Source: Escherichia phage vB_EcoM_G9062. From it: a stretch of DNA of 64,000 nt. The position numbers and the translations under genes were made by a program. Below, in pieces: positions 1 through 9,060 of the stretch. The stretch is taken from the sequence record NC_054920.1, one strand, 5' to 3'. Within the stretch, counting starts at the first letter, position 1. Each line of letters opens with the position of its first letter. The notes beneath the pieces are model-generated. The model was not told the origin of the DNA. It worked only from the letters and a program-made list of their open reading frames with translations, and did not search any database.

Positions 1-273
1 GTATCTTTTATACTGAACCCGCGTTTTAAGCATTCCGTTATAATGTCCGATTGACGCTTTCGCAAAAATTCTAACTTATCGTAAAAGAAAGTAACATGAC
101 CAGAACCTAAAATAAATTTAGAAGATATTTTAAAATCTTTAACGCGCTTACCGTTTGCCACATGCTTACGAACTATACCAAAAACACGCGGCAATTCACG
201 GTATTCTGCGATTAAATGTTGATCAGCAAGTTCAGATACTAAAGTCAAATTAATACGAGTCATTTTATCCCTC
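1..273 (-). CDS. denV: Endonuclease V (pyrimidine-dimer DNA glycosylase), N-terminal 91 codons; C-terminus lies beyond the window edge
   Basis: Reverse-complement translation from ATG at 273 reads [41 protein letters not shown]..., matching T4 endonuclease V as I recall it; runs off the window at position 1. Confidence 0.85.
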
Positions 274-322
274 CAAGTAACTGTGAATATACTATCACAA
301 TTCTAGGAGAAAGTAAACAACT

Positions 323-853
<531 letters not shown>

Positions 854-1309
854 TTAAAAGAGGCTGTTCATTATTCGGTAAAGTGAAGGACCCATCACAT
901 ATTGCCACTGAGTACGAGGAATAAGAGCAAAAGCATCCATCTCTGGAATCATAACGCCATCTTTATTTTCAAAATAAGACTCGCAATGGCAATTTCTAAA
1001 CATCTCATGCTCTACTGGAATCGTATAATAAAATAACTGTAAGTCTTTATTACTAGAATATTTAAATACACCTAAGTCTTCTAGAAGGTCTGGATTATAA
1101 TCGATAAAACCAGTCTCTTCTGAGCATTCTCTTTTTGCAGCTTCCAGTGCATTCAAATCAGAACTTTCTACGCGGCCCTTTGGAATATCCCAGCGATGTG
1201 CCATCATTCCAGGCTTACGAGAACCAGTAACCCGACCCATAAATAAATCTTTATCTTCTGTCATAAAGATAATACCAGCTGATAGTGTTTTCATTTTAAT
1301 TTCCTGCAT
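854..1309 (-). CDS. nudE: Nudix hydrolase, 151 aa
   Basis: Nudix box GRVESSDLNALEAAKRECSEETG (G-x5-E-x7-REx2EExG); position immediately next to e as for T4 e.1/nudE. Confidence 0.85.
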   Translation of the reverse strand: MQEIKMKTLSAGIIFMTEDKDLFMGRVTGSRKPGMMAHRWDIPKGRVESSDLNALEAAKRECSEETGFIDYNPDLLEDLGVFKYSSNKDLQLFYYTIPVEHEMFRNCHCESYFENKDGVMIPEMDAFALIPRTQWQYVMGPSLYRIMNSLF

Positions 1310-1482
1310 TCAGTGATAAAGTTATTTAAATTTTGAGTATATTTCTTTTCATCAAAAATCTTTTGTTGTCTGCGTAAACGCCATGGCATTTCAATGAACA
1401 TACGCCATATTCCTGATAATACTGCTGCTGTAAAAATATTAACAAGTATAGTTAAAAGAACCCAATCTCCTATTCTGTCCAT
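1291..1482 (-). CDS. Small membrane protein, 63 aa, hypothetical
   Basis: ORF with one hydrophobic helix; C-terminal tail ...FITECRKLK shared with neighbouring ORFs; overlaps nudE start in operon fashion. Confidence 0.5.
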   Translation of the reverse strand: MDRIGDWVLLTILVNIFTAAVLSGIWRMFIEMPWRLRRQQKIFDEKKYTQNLNNFITECRKLK

Positions 1483-1490
1483 TGGATTTT

Positions 1491-1778
1491 TTATAAAAAG
1501 TAAAATACGAACGATGATATAGGAAGACTAATGATATACCACAGAAGAACCTTCTTATCTGTGAACCAATCAGCATTCGTTAACTTAGCGCGACCGTTTT
1601 GAATACATACGAACTTATCATCTGTTACAGTAAATGGCTTAGCTGCTTGATATCCCATTCTAAACTCCCTAATCAACAAATTTTTCATATCTTCGGAACA
1701 ACCATTCCAGTCAACTCTATCAACTGAAATGCCATCATCCCCATCATCTAAATCATACCAGCGAGTTTTTAAAATCAT
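1491..1778 (-). CDS. Hypothetical protein, 95 aa, C-terminal hydrophobic segment
   Basis: ORF; ATGA-type overlap with upstream gene at 1775-1778. Confidence 0.5.
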   Translation of the reverse strand: MILKTRWYDLDDGDDGISVDRVDWNGCSEDMKNLLIREFRMGYQAAKPFTVTDDKFVCIQNGRAKLTNADWFTDKKVLLWYIISLPISSFVFYFL

Positions 1779-2137
1779 TTAATTTTCCTACAATCACTCA
1801 CAAACTCTTTCATTGACTCATTTTCAATATAAGACATGTAGCTATTATATTCTTTTAATTGTATTTTGTAATCCTTTTTTCTTTGCCAATTTATTTTAAA
1901 ATTATCATAATGAAAATATAACATGGTACCAAAGAATGAAAATAATGAAATCGCTATAGTAAAACGAAGTTCACTCCAAACCTCTGTTATAATTACTGTG
2001 CCGTCGATATTTAAAATAAAACAGTCAATTAACAATCCAATAAGACTACCCGCAAGAGCTGTAAATACTGATACAGCAAGAATTAATAGTGCCTCAGGAA
2101 ACGAATATTTGACTTTATTTAGTTTTGGCTTTTGCAT
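1775..2137 (-). CDS. Small membrane protein, 120 aa, hypothetical
   Basis: Two predicted hydrophobic helices; C-terminal ...EFVSDCRKIK tail paralogous to 1291-1482. Confidence 0.5.
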   Translation of the reverse strand: MQKPKLNKVKYSFPEALLILAVSVFTALAGSLIGLLIDCFILNIDGTVIITEVWSELRFTIAISLFSFFGTMLYFHYDNFKINWQRKKDYKIQLKEYNSYMSYIENESMKEFVSDCRKIK

Positions 2138-2532
2138 CGTGATTCCTTAACAAATTTCATAATTTCATCAAATTCATACATATCTAGCTTAAGCTGGTGT
2201 TCCTTTTTAATCTTTTTACACTGAGCTTTCCAATCACGTACACGTTTACGATAATGTCTTCCTTGATACCAGTATCCTACCCAATTTACGGGTACTAATA
2301 AAAGTGGAACTATTAATGGAAGAATTAGCATTAACACAAGTATTTCGCCAGAATCAATATCAGTCATAACATCTAAAACACCTCCAATAATCAATAGAAT
2401 TACAAATGATATGAGTATAACAGGACCTATTAACACATCAGTAGAAATTATCTGACGCTTTGGTTCATACTTCACAGGTTTACTTGGAAGGTATAGTGAT
2501 GGTTTTGACATATTCTCTACATTCCTTAACAA
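2119..2532 (-). CDS. Small membrane protein, 137 aa, hypothetical
   Basis: Two hydrophobic helices; C-terminal tail ...KFVKESRCK resembles the neighbouring paralogs. Confidence 0.5.
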   Translation of the reverse strand: MLRNVENMSKPSLYLPSKPVKYEPKRQIISTDVLIGPVILISFVILLIIGGVLDVMTDIDSGEILVLMLILPLIVPLLLVPVNWVGYWYQGRHYRKRVRDWKAQCKKIKKEHQLKLDMYEFDEIMKFVKESRCKSQN

Positions 2533-3094
2533 ATTTTTCTAGTAATAAATCACTTTCAAAATTGGGATTTTCTACAAATTTATCAAAAAGATCATCAACA
2601 ATAGTTAAGATATTCTTTTTACTAAGAATACGTTTATTTTCATGCTTCGTTTCAGAATCAACTATAAGAGTAAAGAAATATTTCTTGCCCTGAAATTTTA
2701 CAGTAGTATCAATATAAAATAAATTTGACTTTTGTAAATTACGTTTAAACCATGCGTCACTTAAACTATAAACACCGAGATAATCAAAATCGTCGTTTAA
2801 ATAACAAACCGTCCATTCAGGAGAAATGAAATCAGTAAATTCAACATCAAAATCACACGTCAATGAATGAATTGATTCAATACTGTTAATGAGTATTCCA
2901 GGACGTATTAAAGACTTTTTACCTCTAGAAAATCTTCCGGAAAGGCTTTCATCAGTTTCATATGAAGACCCCCAATAGTAATTACGTCCTTCTGCCATGC
3001 GTTTAAGAGCATTTAGTAATTGGTCTGGAACATCAACCTGTCTTTGGAACTCTTCAAACATTGAATTGAAATCACTTTGCATTTTCATTTTCAT
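2480..3094 (-). CDS. Hypothetical protein, 204 aa
   Basis: ORF; C-terminus contains EKFVKECREY, related to the tail motif of the small membrane proteins. Confidence 0.5.
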   Translation of the reverse strand: MKMKMQSDFNSMFEEFQRQVDVPDQLLNALKRMAEGRNYYWGSSYETDESLSGRFSRGKKSLIRPGILINSIESIHSLTCDFDVEFTDFISPEWTVCYLNDDFDYLGVYSLSDAWFKRNLQKSNLFYIDTTVKFQGKKYFFTLIVDSETKHENKRILSKKNILTIVDDLFDKFVENPNFESDLLLEKFVKECREYVKTITIPSK

Positions 3095-3135
3095 TCCTAT
3101 TTACTCCAAGTATAAGGGGCCGAAGCCCCTTATCA

Positions 3136-3729
3136 TTATTTCAGAGAATTAATGTATTCCTGAACATCGGCAGAGGTAGTTTCAACCCCAGAAATATTAC
3201 CGTTAAAGGTTTCAACTCGAGCAAGGGTATCTTCAATATCAACCTTAGTCAGTGCTGCAATTTCAACTACATCATCAGCAGTACTAATTCCAAGGGCATT
3301 TGCTGCACGAGTTTCACGGATATATTCCAATTTAACCGCAAGTTCTTGACGAGCATCATCTAACTCAACTACTTTCTTGGCGATTTCAATTCGCATTTCA
3401 GCATAACCGTCAGCCTTAGTAGTCAACTGCTCAGCTGTTCGACGATATAGTAAACCGAGTTTAGCATGCATTGTTACATCTTGGCCTTCGGAAAGAAGTT
3501 TACGAATTTCACGCTCTTTTGATTCGGCCTGTCGATTCTTTTCGATAACAAGTTCACGAATACGTTTTTCTTCGTTAATAGATTTAACAGAAGCAGTTTT
3601 TAGATCTTTAATTTTATCAAGTAGTTTTGCTGCTGCAGCAGTATACTGTTCTTCGACAGATAGATTTTTAGCCATAGCAGAACCAAGTTTAGTGCGAATA
3701 AACTCAACAATTTTCTTCAGTGTGTTCAT
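3136..3729 (-). CDS. Coiled-coil protein, 197 aa, function unknown
   Basis: ORF with long heptad-like charged segments (…[27 protein letters not shown]…). Confidence 0.55.
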   Translation of the reverse strand: MNTLKKIVEFIRTKLGSAMAKNLSVEEQYTAAAAKLLDKIKDLKTASVKSINEEKRIRELVIEKNRQAESKEREIRKLLSEGQDVTMHAKLGLLYRRTAEQLTTKADGYAEMRIEIAKKVVELDDARQELAVKLEYIRETRAANALGISTADDVVEIAALTKVDIEDTLARVETFNGNISGVETTSADVQEYINSLK

Positions 3730-3830
3730 AGTATTTCCTTAGGTTAATTGAGATTTAAAATCCGTAGGAGTATAATACTCTATCGTCAAATTATAGGCTC
3801 ATAATATCTCAATCATGAGCCTGCGTAAAC

Positions 3831-4094
3831 TTATTTCATATTATTGAAATATTCTTCTGCGATTTCGTCGTTATCATGGTAAACTTTAGAAGACAGTTTA
3901 ACATAACCTTCTGCTGTGAACATATTAATCACAACTTTTACAGTATACCACTGACCGTCTTCATTACCCATTACTGCGTAAGTTTCAAACATCGGATGAT
4001 CAGGACCGATAACTTTAATATCATTCACTGTACGACCGAAATCTTCTGAAACGCATTTCATAAAGAAGTTGAACAGTTCGCCGTAATTATCCAT
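3831..4094 (-). CDS. Hypothetical protein, about 87 aa (ORF extends to 4214, but the internal ATG at 4094 has a GGAGA ribosome-binding site)
   Basis: ORF; internal start MDNYGELFNFF... preceded by a Shine-Dalgarno-like GGAGA on the coding strand. Confidence 0.45.
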   Translation of the reverse strand: MDNYGELFNFFMKCVSEDFGRTVNDIKVIGPDHPMFETYAVMGNEDGQWYTVKVVINMFTAEGYVKLSSKVYHDNDEIAEEYFNNMK

Positions 4095-4288
4095 TTCATT
4101 CTCCAAGTTGTTTTCTGTATCAGTAGTTGATAGTTGTATAGTACCATGGAAGAACAGAGATGTAAACAGTTTTGTGAAAAAATTTTTAGGGAATTCTAGG
4201 GCAGGGATGGGCAATTAAAGGATAGGTAATATATTATAAAGGGTATAAACTAAATGATGCCTAGAGAGGTCCAGAAAGGCCTAGATAC

Positions 4289-4308
4289 CAAAAAGCCCTA
4301 TCATTTAG
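4289..4308 (-). terminator. Terminator hairpin downstream of the 187-aa CTS protein gene
   Basis: CCCTATC-ATTTA-GATAGGG hairpin followed by a U-run on the minus-strand transcript. Confidence 0.55.
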
Positions 4309-4322
4309 ATAGGGATTTAAAA

Positions 4323-4886
4323 TTATTTACCTAGTTTACTTATTATAGCTTCTGCAGCAGCTTTTAGCTTAGATGCAGTGTTAATACGATTTTTAATTTC
4401 AGTATACGCATCGCCAAGAACATCAAGGCTATCAGAATAAACACTTACACTATTGCGTTCGCTATTTGAAATAGAACCTTTAGTTTTGCGGTCAAAATCG
4501 GTGTACACGTCTTGAAGATCGCGGGCTGCCTTCTTTGCATCATCCAATGCATCAAGAGCTTTATTCAAAGCATTAACGTATTTTTTAGTGTCGAACATAT
4601 TCTTAGAAATTTTAACAGGTGCGCGTTCAGGAGTAGCTAACACAGATTTAGGAACCTGAGCGCCAGATGCCAATTTCTTAGAAATTTTGAAAAATGCTTT
4701 ATTGAATTTATTTTCTTGACTCATTGTAAAAGAACTATTATCGATGTTGTACATTTCAATAGCTTTAGCTTTCCACTTAAGAAAATCGCCGCGGTCTTTT
4801 GGGTCCAATTGGAAGAATACTTTAGTAAGATCTGCTTCAGATGGTAATTTTGCTGCTTCGGTTAAAAATTCGGCATAGGTTTTCAT
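4323..4886 (-). CDS. Internal-protein-like capsid-targeted protein, 187 aa
   Basis: N-terminus MKTYAEFLTEA resembles the T4 internal-protein capsid targeting sequence (MKTYQEFIAE, cleaved by gp21 after L/I-x-E); followed by a terminator hairpin. Confidence 0.65.
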   Translation of the reverse strand: MKTYAEFLTEAAKLPSEADLTKVFFQLDPKDRGDFLKWKAKAIEMYNIDNSSFTMSQENKFNKAFFKISKKLASGAQVPKSVLATPERAPVKISKNMFDTKKYVNALNKALDALDDAKKAARDLQDVYTDFDRKTKGSISNSERNSVSVYSDSLDVLGDAYTEIKNRINTASKLKAAAEAIISKLGK

Positions 4887-4974
4887 TTAAAATCCTTGAA
4901 ATAATTTATCGGTTGGTTATTAATTATTTATTACTTTGTTACTATCCGTAACAGCGTTATCCGAGTGATTCAAA

Positions 4975-5007
4975 CTAAAAAGCCCCAACCTTTCGGTCGG
5001 GGCTAAG
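4975..5007 (-). terminator. Rho-independent terminator (copy 1 of an identical 33-bp element)
   Basis: Minus-strand RNA AGCCCCGACC-GAAA-GGUUGGGGCU (GNRA tetraloop, 10-bp stem with one G-U) followed by UUUUUAG. Confidence 0.65.
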
Positions 5008-5011
5008 AATG

Positions 5012-5485
5012 TCATTTGATTTGTTTAGCAGACCAAATGCGGTCTTTAATAATTTTTTGGATGTCTTCAACATACTCAAGAGAGTGAACATGTGGATTAT
5101 CTTTGAAACTATAAGCACGGGCTAACTTTTGGCCTTCGGTTTTGATTACTAAAAGCTCTTTAAGGATAGCTTCATATTTGGAGATAATTCCTTTAACAAT
5201 ATTTTTCTCTTGTGTGACTTTAGGATCTTCTTTAGGAGCAGGTTTACCTGAAGCCTTTGCAAAAGCAGCTCCAGTAGCAACTAAACTTTTCCAAGCCATA
5301 CTAACTGCATTCCCTGTAAATCCTTCGGCTTTCATATCACGAGCAAATTGGAATCGTGATTCATCGGAAGCATCTTTATAGGAATATTTACCCGCGGCAA
5401 TGGCAGCTTTTGCAACAGCTTGAATTTCAGTGCTAGATGCTTCATTTAACACCGCTTCATTTAAAAATTGAGTATATGATTTCAT
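5012..5485 (-). CDS. Internal-protein-like capsid-targeted protein, 157 aa
   Basis: N-terminus MKSYTQFLNEA (CTS-like, LNE-A putative cleavage site); flanked by two identical terminator hairpins. Confidence 0.6.
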   Translation of the reverse strand: MKSYTQFLNEAVLNEASSTEIQAVAKAAIAAGKYSYKDASDESRFQFARDMKAEGFTGNAVSMAWKSLVATGAAFAKASGKPAPKEDPKVTQEKNIVKGIISKYEAILKELLVIKTEGQKLARAYSFKDNPHVHSLEYVEDIQKIIKDRIWSAKQIK

Positions 5486-5529
5486 CTTATTTCCTGTTTT
5501 AATTCGGGGTTTTAATATACTTATTTATA

Positions 5530-5562
5530 CTAAAAAGCCCCAACCTTTCGGTCGGGGCTAAG
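5530..5562 (-). terminator. Rho-independent terminator (copy 2 of the identical 33-bp element), ending the tRNA/stable-RNA transcript
   Basis: Same 33-bp sequence CTAAAAAGCCCCAACCTTTCGGTCGGGGCTAAG as at 4975-5007. Confidence 0.65.
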
Positions 5563-5876
5563 CCTTGCGGCAACCTTGTCGGGGTTCCACCTGCTAAGGC
5601 AAGTGTTTGTACGAAACGCCGGGATTCGAACCCGGTTATTAAGCAGTTGACGCTACTCAATATTTTTTAAAAGGCCATATCTCGACCATATCCGAACGTT
5701 CCGTCAAAAACGCTACTCGGCTTACGGCAAAGATATTTCCTCGAATCGATAATTCGGTGCGCCGTTTCTGCTGTGATATAAGGGGACATTAACAAAACAT
5801 AAAGATTTATTAATACCAGTCCTTAAACAGGGAACATCAGTCCGACGACTTGCCGGTAGCGACCCGGCTTCTTGTC
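5563..5876 (-). ncRNA. Candidate small stable RNA(s) between tRNA-Arg and the terminator (possible counterpart of the T4 stable RNA species)
   Basis: No ORF; contains a tRNA-like T-arm (CCGGGTTCGAATCCCGG on the minus strand) and a palindrome TCGAATTATCGATTCGA; a position where T4 has small stable RNAs as I recall. Confidence 0.3.
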
Positions 5877-5952
5877 TGGTCGAGGCAGTAGGGATCGAAC
5901 CTACGACCCAGGACTTAGAAGGTCCTTGCTCTTCCTTCTGAGCTATGCCTCG
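5877..5952 (-). tRNA. tRNA-Arg (anticodon TCT), CCA encoded
   Basis: Manual fold: acceptor CGAGGCA/TGCCTCG, D-stem GCTC/GAGC, anticodon loop CTTCTAA, T-loop TTCGATC. Confidence 0.85.
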
Positions 5953-5956
5953 TATT

Positions 5957-6031
5957 TGGCGGACGTGATAGGATTCGAACCTATAACCAATCGCTTAACA
6001 GGCGATCGCTCTGCCATTGAGCTACACATCC
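5957..6031 (-). tRNA. tRNA-Asn (anticodon GTT), CCA encoded
   Basis: Manual fold: acceptor GGATGTG/CACGTCC (one G-U), D-stem GCTC/GAGC, anticodon stem ATCGC/GCGAT with loop CTGTTAA, T-arm ATAGG-TTCGAAT-CCTAT. Confidence 0.75.
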
Positions 6032-6035
6032 AAAT

Positions 6036-6122
6036 TGGTGGGGAGTGGTGGAGTCGAACCACCCGAGTCGCAATGACAATGAATTTACAGTCCACACCGC
6101 TACCTCTACGGGATAACTCCCC
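6036..6122 (-). tRNA. Class II tRNA with long variable arm, most likely tRNA-Tyr (anticodon GTA)
   Basis: Acceptor GGGGAGT/ACTCCCC, anticodon loop CTGTAAA on a stem with two G-U pairs, variable-arm hairpin GTC-ATTGC-GAC, T-arm GGTGG-TTCGACT-CCACC; D-arm is non-canonical. Confidence 0.6.
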
Positions 6123-6131
6123 AAATTAATT

Positions 6132-6206
6132 TGGTGGCCCTGGGTGGAATTGAACCACCATCTGGCGATTATGAGTCGCTTGCTTGAACCTTCCAGCTAC
6201 AGGGCC
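6132..6206 (-). tRNA. tRNA with CAT anticodon (Ile2 lysidine-type or Met)
   Basis: Acceptor GGCCCTG/CAGGGCC, anticodon loop CTCATAA, T-arm GGTGG-TTCAATT-CCACC; T4 tRNA-Ile carries a CAU-derived anticodon as I recall. Confidence 0.7.
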
Positions 6207-6207
6207 T

Positions 6208-6283
6208 TGGTGCTGATTGACGGAATCGAACCGCCGATCTTCTCATTACAAGTGAGTTGCTCTACCTACTGAGCTAAATCAGC
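6208..6283 (-). tRNA. tRNA-Thr (anticodon TGT)
   Basis: Acceptor GCTGATT/AATCAGC, D-stem GCTC/GAGC, anticodon stem ACTCA/TGAGA with loop CTTGTAA. Confidence 0.85.
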
Positions 6284-6288
6284 AAAAC

Positions 6289-6378
6289 TGGCGGAGGCGA
6301 TAGGATTTGAACCTATGAGTCGCCGGAGCGACTGCCGGTTTTCAAGACCGGTGCATTAAACCACTCTGCCACGCCTCC
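6289..6378 (-). tRNA. tRNA-Ser (anticodon TGA), class II
   Basis: Sense strand GGAGGCGTGGCAGAGTGG...CCGGTCTTGAAAACCGG...TAGGTTCAAATCCTATCGCCTCC matches T4 tRNA-Ser from memory. Confidence 0.9.
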
Positions 6379-6380
6379 AG

Positions 6381-6455
6381 TCTCCGTGGCAGGATTTGAA
6401 CCTACGACATTCTGCTCCCAAAGCAGACGCTCTACCAAACTGGGCTACACGGAGT
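6381..6455 (-). tRNA. tRNA-Pro (anticodon TGG), CCA not encoded
   Basis: Acceptor CTCCGTG/CACGGAG, anticodon stem TCTGC/GCAGA with loop TTTGGGA; lies directly upstream of tRNA-Ser like the T4 Pro-Ser dimeric precursor. Confidence 0.85.
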
Positions 6456-6464
6456 AAATTAAAT

Positions 6465-6538
<74 letters not shown>

Positions 6539-6543
6539 AAATT

Positions 6544-6630
6544 TGGTGCGAGAAGTGGGACTCGAACCCACAAGGAAATCATTCCGCAGCATTTTAAGTG
6601 CTGTGCCTTTACCAATTTGGCCATTCTCGC
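6544..6630 (-). tRNA. tRNA-Leu (anticodon TAA), class II
   Basis: Acceptor GCGAGAA/TTCTCGC, anticodon loop CTTAAAA, T-arm GTGGG-TTCGAGT-CCCAC; resembles T4 tRNA-Leu. Confidence 0.85.
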
Positions 6631-6631
6631 G

Positions 6632-6704
6632 CTGGGAATAAAGGACTCGAACCTTTGCATCCTGGAATCAAAATCCAGTGCCTTACCAACTTGGCTAATT
6701 CCCA
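6632..6704 (-). tRNA. tRNA-Gln (anticodon TTG), CCA not encoded
   Basis: Sense strand begins TGGGAATTAGCCAAGTTGGTAAGGCACTGGATTTTGATTCCAG...; anticodon loop TTTTGAT; abuts tRNA-Leu like the T4 Gln-Leu dimer. Confidence 0.85.
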
Positions 6705-6801
6705 ATTATTAACAAAGGCTCTTAAGCAAGAACCCTTGATGATAGAGGGTATTAATCAGTGCGATATGAGTTAATAATAACAAATAATTCTTAAAGCATA
6801 T

Positions 6802-7089
6802 TTACCATTTATAATAATACATATTTACGATGCATTCAAGACCCAAAGGATTCTTGAAAATATCATATTCAAGAGGACCTTTTTCTGTTTCAATAAAGAA
6901 ATCAAAATTTACTGTATTAAATTTACGTTCTTCCTTCACTAATTTAACTTGAGAAGATGAACGGTCAATGTAAACCTTTTCAACTTCAAAACATGTTAAA
7001 ATGCCATAATCATCAATCAAAGCTTTAGCCGCGTCTTGATCATATTTATATCCATTTTCAATGGATGATACTTTCGCATAAAGAATCAT
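6802..7089 (-). CDS. Hypothetical protein, 95 aa
   Basis: ORF directly downstream of 7092-7490 on the same strand. Confidence 0.5.
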   Translation of the reverse strand: MILYAKVSSIENGYKYDQDAAKALIDDYGILTCFEVEKVYIDRSSSQVKLVKEERKFNTVNFDFFIETEKGPLEYDIFKNPLGLECIVNMYYYKW

Positions 7090-7091
7090 TA

Positions 7092-7490
7092 TCAGCCTTC
7101 ATCAACAATAGTGTGAGTATTAGCATTTACGATTTGCCACCAATCAAAGCGATTAGAATCCATCGGTTTGTTTTCATTTTCTTTGATAATGTCACGGAGT
7201 TCATCTTCAGAGAATGCTTTAGCAATTAAATCGGTATACCCACCACGGGGATAATAATTATCACCTGCAAACAAAAGGAAATTTACCTTCCCGGAAGCAA
7301 CATATGCTTCCTTAGGATACTTGTTTCCTGCGTGGTCAACCACTTCAATATAACGGTAAGGAATATCGGTTCTTTCAACCCATTGCCATGCCGCCGCAGG
7401 GGAATCGAAAGCATCTACACCTAAACGATTATCTTCATCTTTAGACGGATTATTTTCGTAATCCGCATATACATAATATTCAACGTTCAT
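7092..7490 (-). CDS. Hypothetical protein, 132 aa
   Basis: ORF; ATGA-type overlap with the upstream gene at 7490. Confidence 0.5.
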   Translation of the reverse strand: MNVEYYVYADYENNPSKDEDNRLGVDAFDSPAAAWQWVERTDIPYRYIEVVDHAGNKYPKEAYVASGKVNFLLFAGDNYYPRGGYTDLIAKAFSEDELRDIIKENENKPMDSNRFDWWQIVNANTHTIVDEG

Positions 7491-7675
7491 TATTCACCTT
7501 TAGAAATTTTATCCATAACAATAGCAATTAAACCAATTAAAAATGCTACTACAAGTGAAAACACATTTTCTGCTGTAGTCAATAATCCACATATAAATCC
7601 AACAAACATTGAAAAACTAAAAGCGGAAGCAGAAATTGCAATAGCAACATTTCGAATTAATTCACAACGTTTCAT
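7490..7675 (-). CDS. Small membrane protein, 61 aa
   Basis: Two hydrophobic helices; GAGGAG ribosome-binding site upstream of ATG. Confidence 0.5.
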   Translation of the reverse strand: MKRCELIRNVAIAISASAFSFSMFVGFICGLLTTAENVFSLVVAFLIGLIAIVMDKISKGE

Positions 7676-7694
7676 TTTATTCTCCTCAGTAGTA

Positions 7695-7722
7695 GATAGG
7701 GTAATAGTATCACTACCCTATC
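7695..7722 (-). repeat. Conserved intergenic hairpin module, copy A
   Basis: GATAGGGTA-ATAGTATCAC-TACCCTATC (9-bp stem) between the CTS gene and the small membrane protein gene. Confidence 0.7.
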
Positions 7723-7733
7723 TAAAAGTAAAC

Positions 7734-7967
7734 TTATTTTTTACGAAAAATTGATTTATTTTCTGCTGCCCATTTTTCAATAACTGCAGCAGGACCAGTA
7801 ACAACAATTTTATCACCGTAATCTTCTGCGGCGAGTTGACCGAAATTATCTAATGCATCACGAAGAACTCCATGAGGCATTTCACCCATTTTATCTTTCT
7901 TGCCAGTGTAAATAAACTCAACTTTTACATCAGCAGTTTCAGCAATAAATTCTTGGTAAGTTTTCAT
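7734..7967 (-). CDS. Internal-protein-like capsid-targeted protein (about 77 aa from the MKTYQEFIAE start; ORF extends to 7979)
   Basis: Contains MKTYQEFIAE, the T4 IPI-type capsid targeting sequence, then a divergent body; sits in the hyperplastic locus next to 57B. Confidence 0.65.
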   Translation of the reverse strand: MKTYQEFIAETADVKVEFIYTGKKDKMGEMPHGVLRDALDNFGQLAAEDYGDKIVVTGPAAVIEKWAAENKSIFRKK

Positions 7968-7992
7968 TTTGATTTCCATTTGGTTTTGTTTT

Positions 7993-8055
7993 GATAGGGT
8001 AATAGTATCACAACTAAAACCCTATGTAAACAACTTTGTGAAATTATTTTAAATC
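7993..8055 (-). repeat. Conserved intergenic module, copy B (hairpin plus shared 3-prime UTR/stop region)
   Basis: GATAGGGTAATAGTATCAC...CCCTAT followed by TGTAAACAACTTTGTGAAATTATTTTAAATC, which on the minus strand encodes the C-terminal DLK-stop of the 8044-8301 gene. Confidence 0.7.
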
Positions 8056-8301
8056 TTCTAATCGTTTCTTCATCTTAGAACCATTTTTAGCAATTTCTCC
8101 TGCATCGGAGCATAATGCTAAAAGTGCTTTAACTTTAGTTTGGTCTCCTTTAAAAGATGAAGGATCGACCGCAGCAGCAAGTTCTTTAATACGAGAGAAA
8201 AGACGCTCAGCTTCAGCTAAAGCCATTCCAAGCTTTACTTCCATACCGTGGGAAGATTCAGTGATAGTAGTTTTTGTAGCAAACTCTTTGAAAGTTTTCA
8301 T
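8044..8301 (-). CDS. Internal-protein-like capsid-targeted protein, 85 aa
   Basis: N-terminus MKTFKEFATKTTITE (CTS-like); C-terminus ...DLK-stop lies inside a repeated 3-prime module shared with 57B. Confidence 0.6.
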   Translation of the reverse strand: MKTFKEFATKTTITESSHGMEVKLGMALAEAERLFSRIKELAAAVDPSSFKGDQTKVKALLALCSDAGEIAKNGSKMKKRLEDLK

Positions 8302-8323
8302 TTTTATTTTCCTAATTAATTTT

Positions 8324-9059
<736 letters not shown>

Positions 9060-9060
<1 letters not shown>

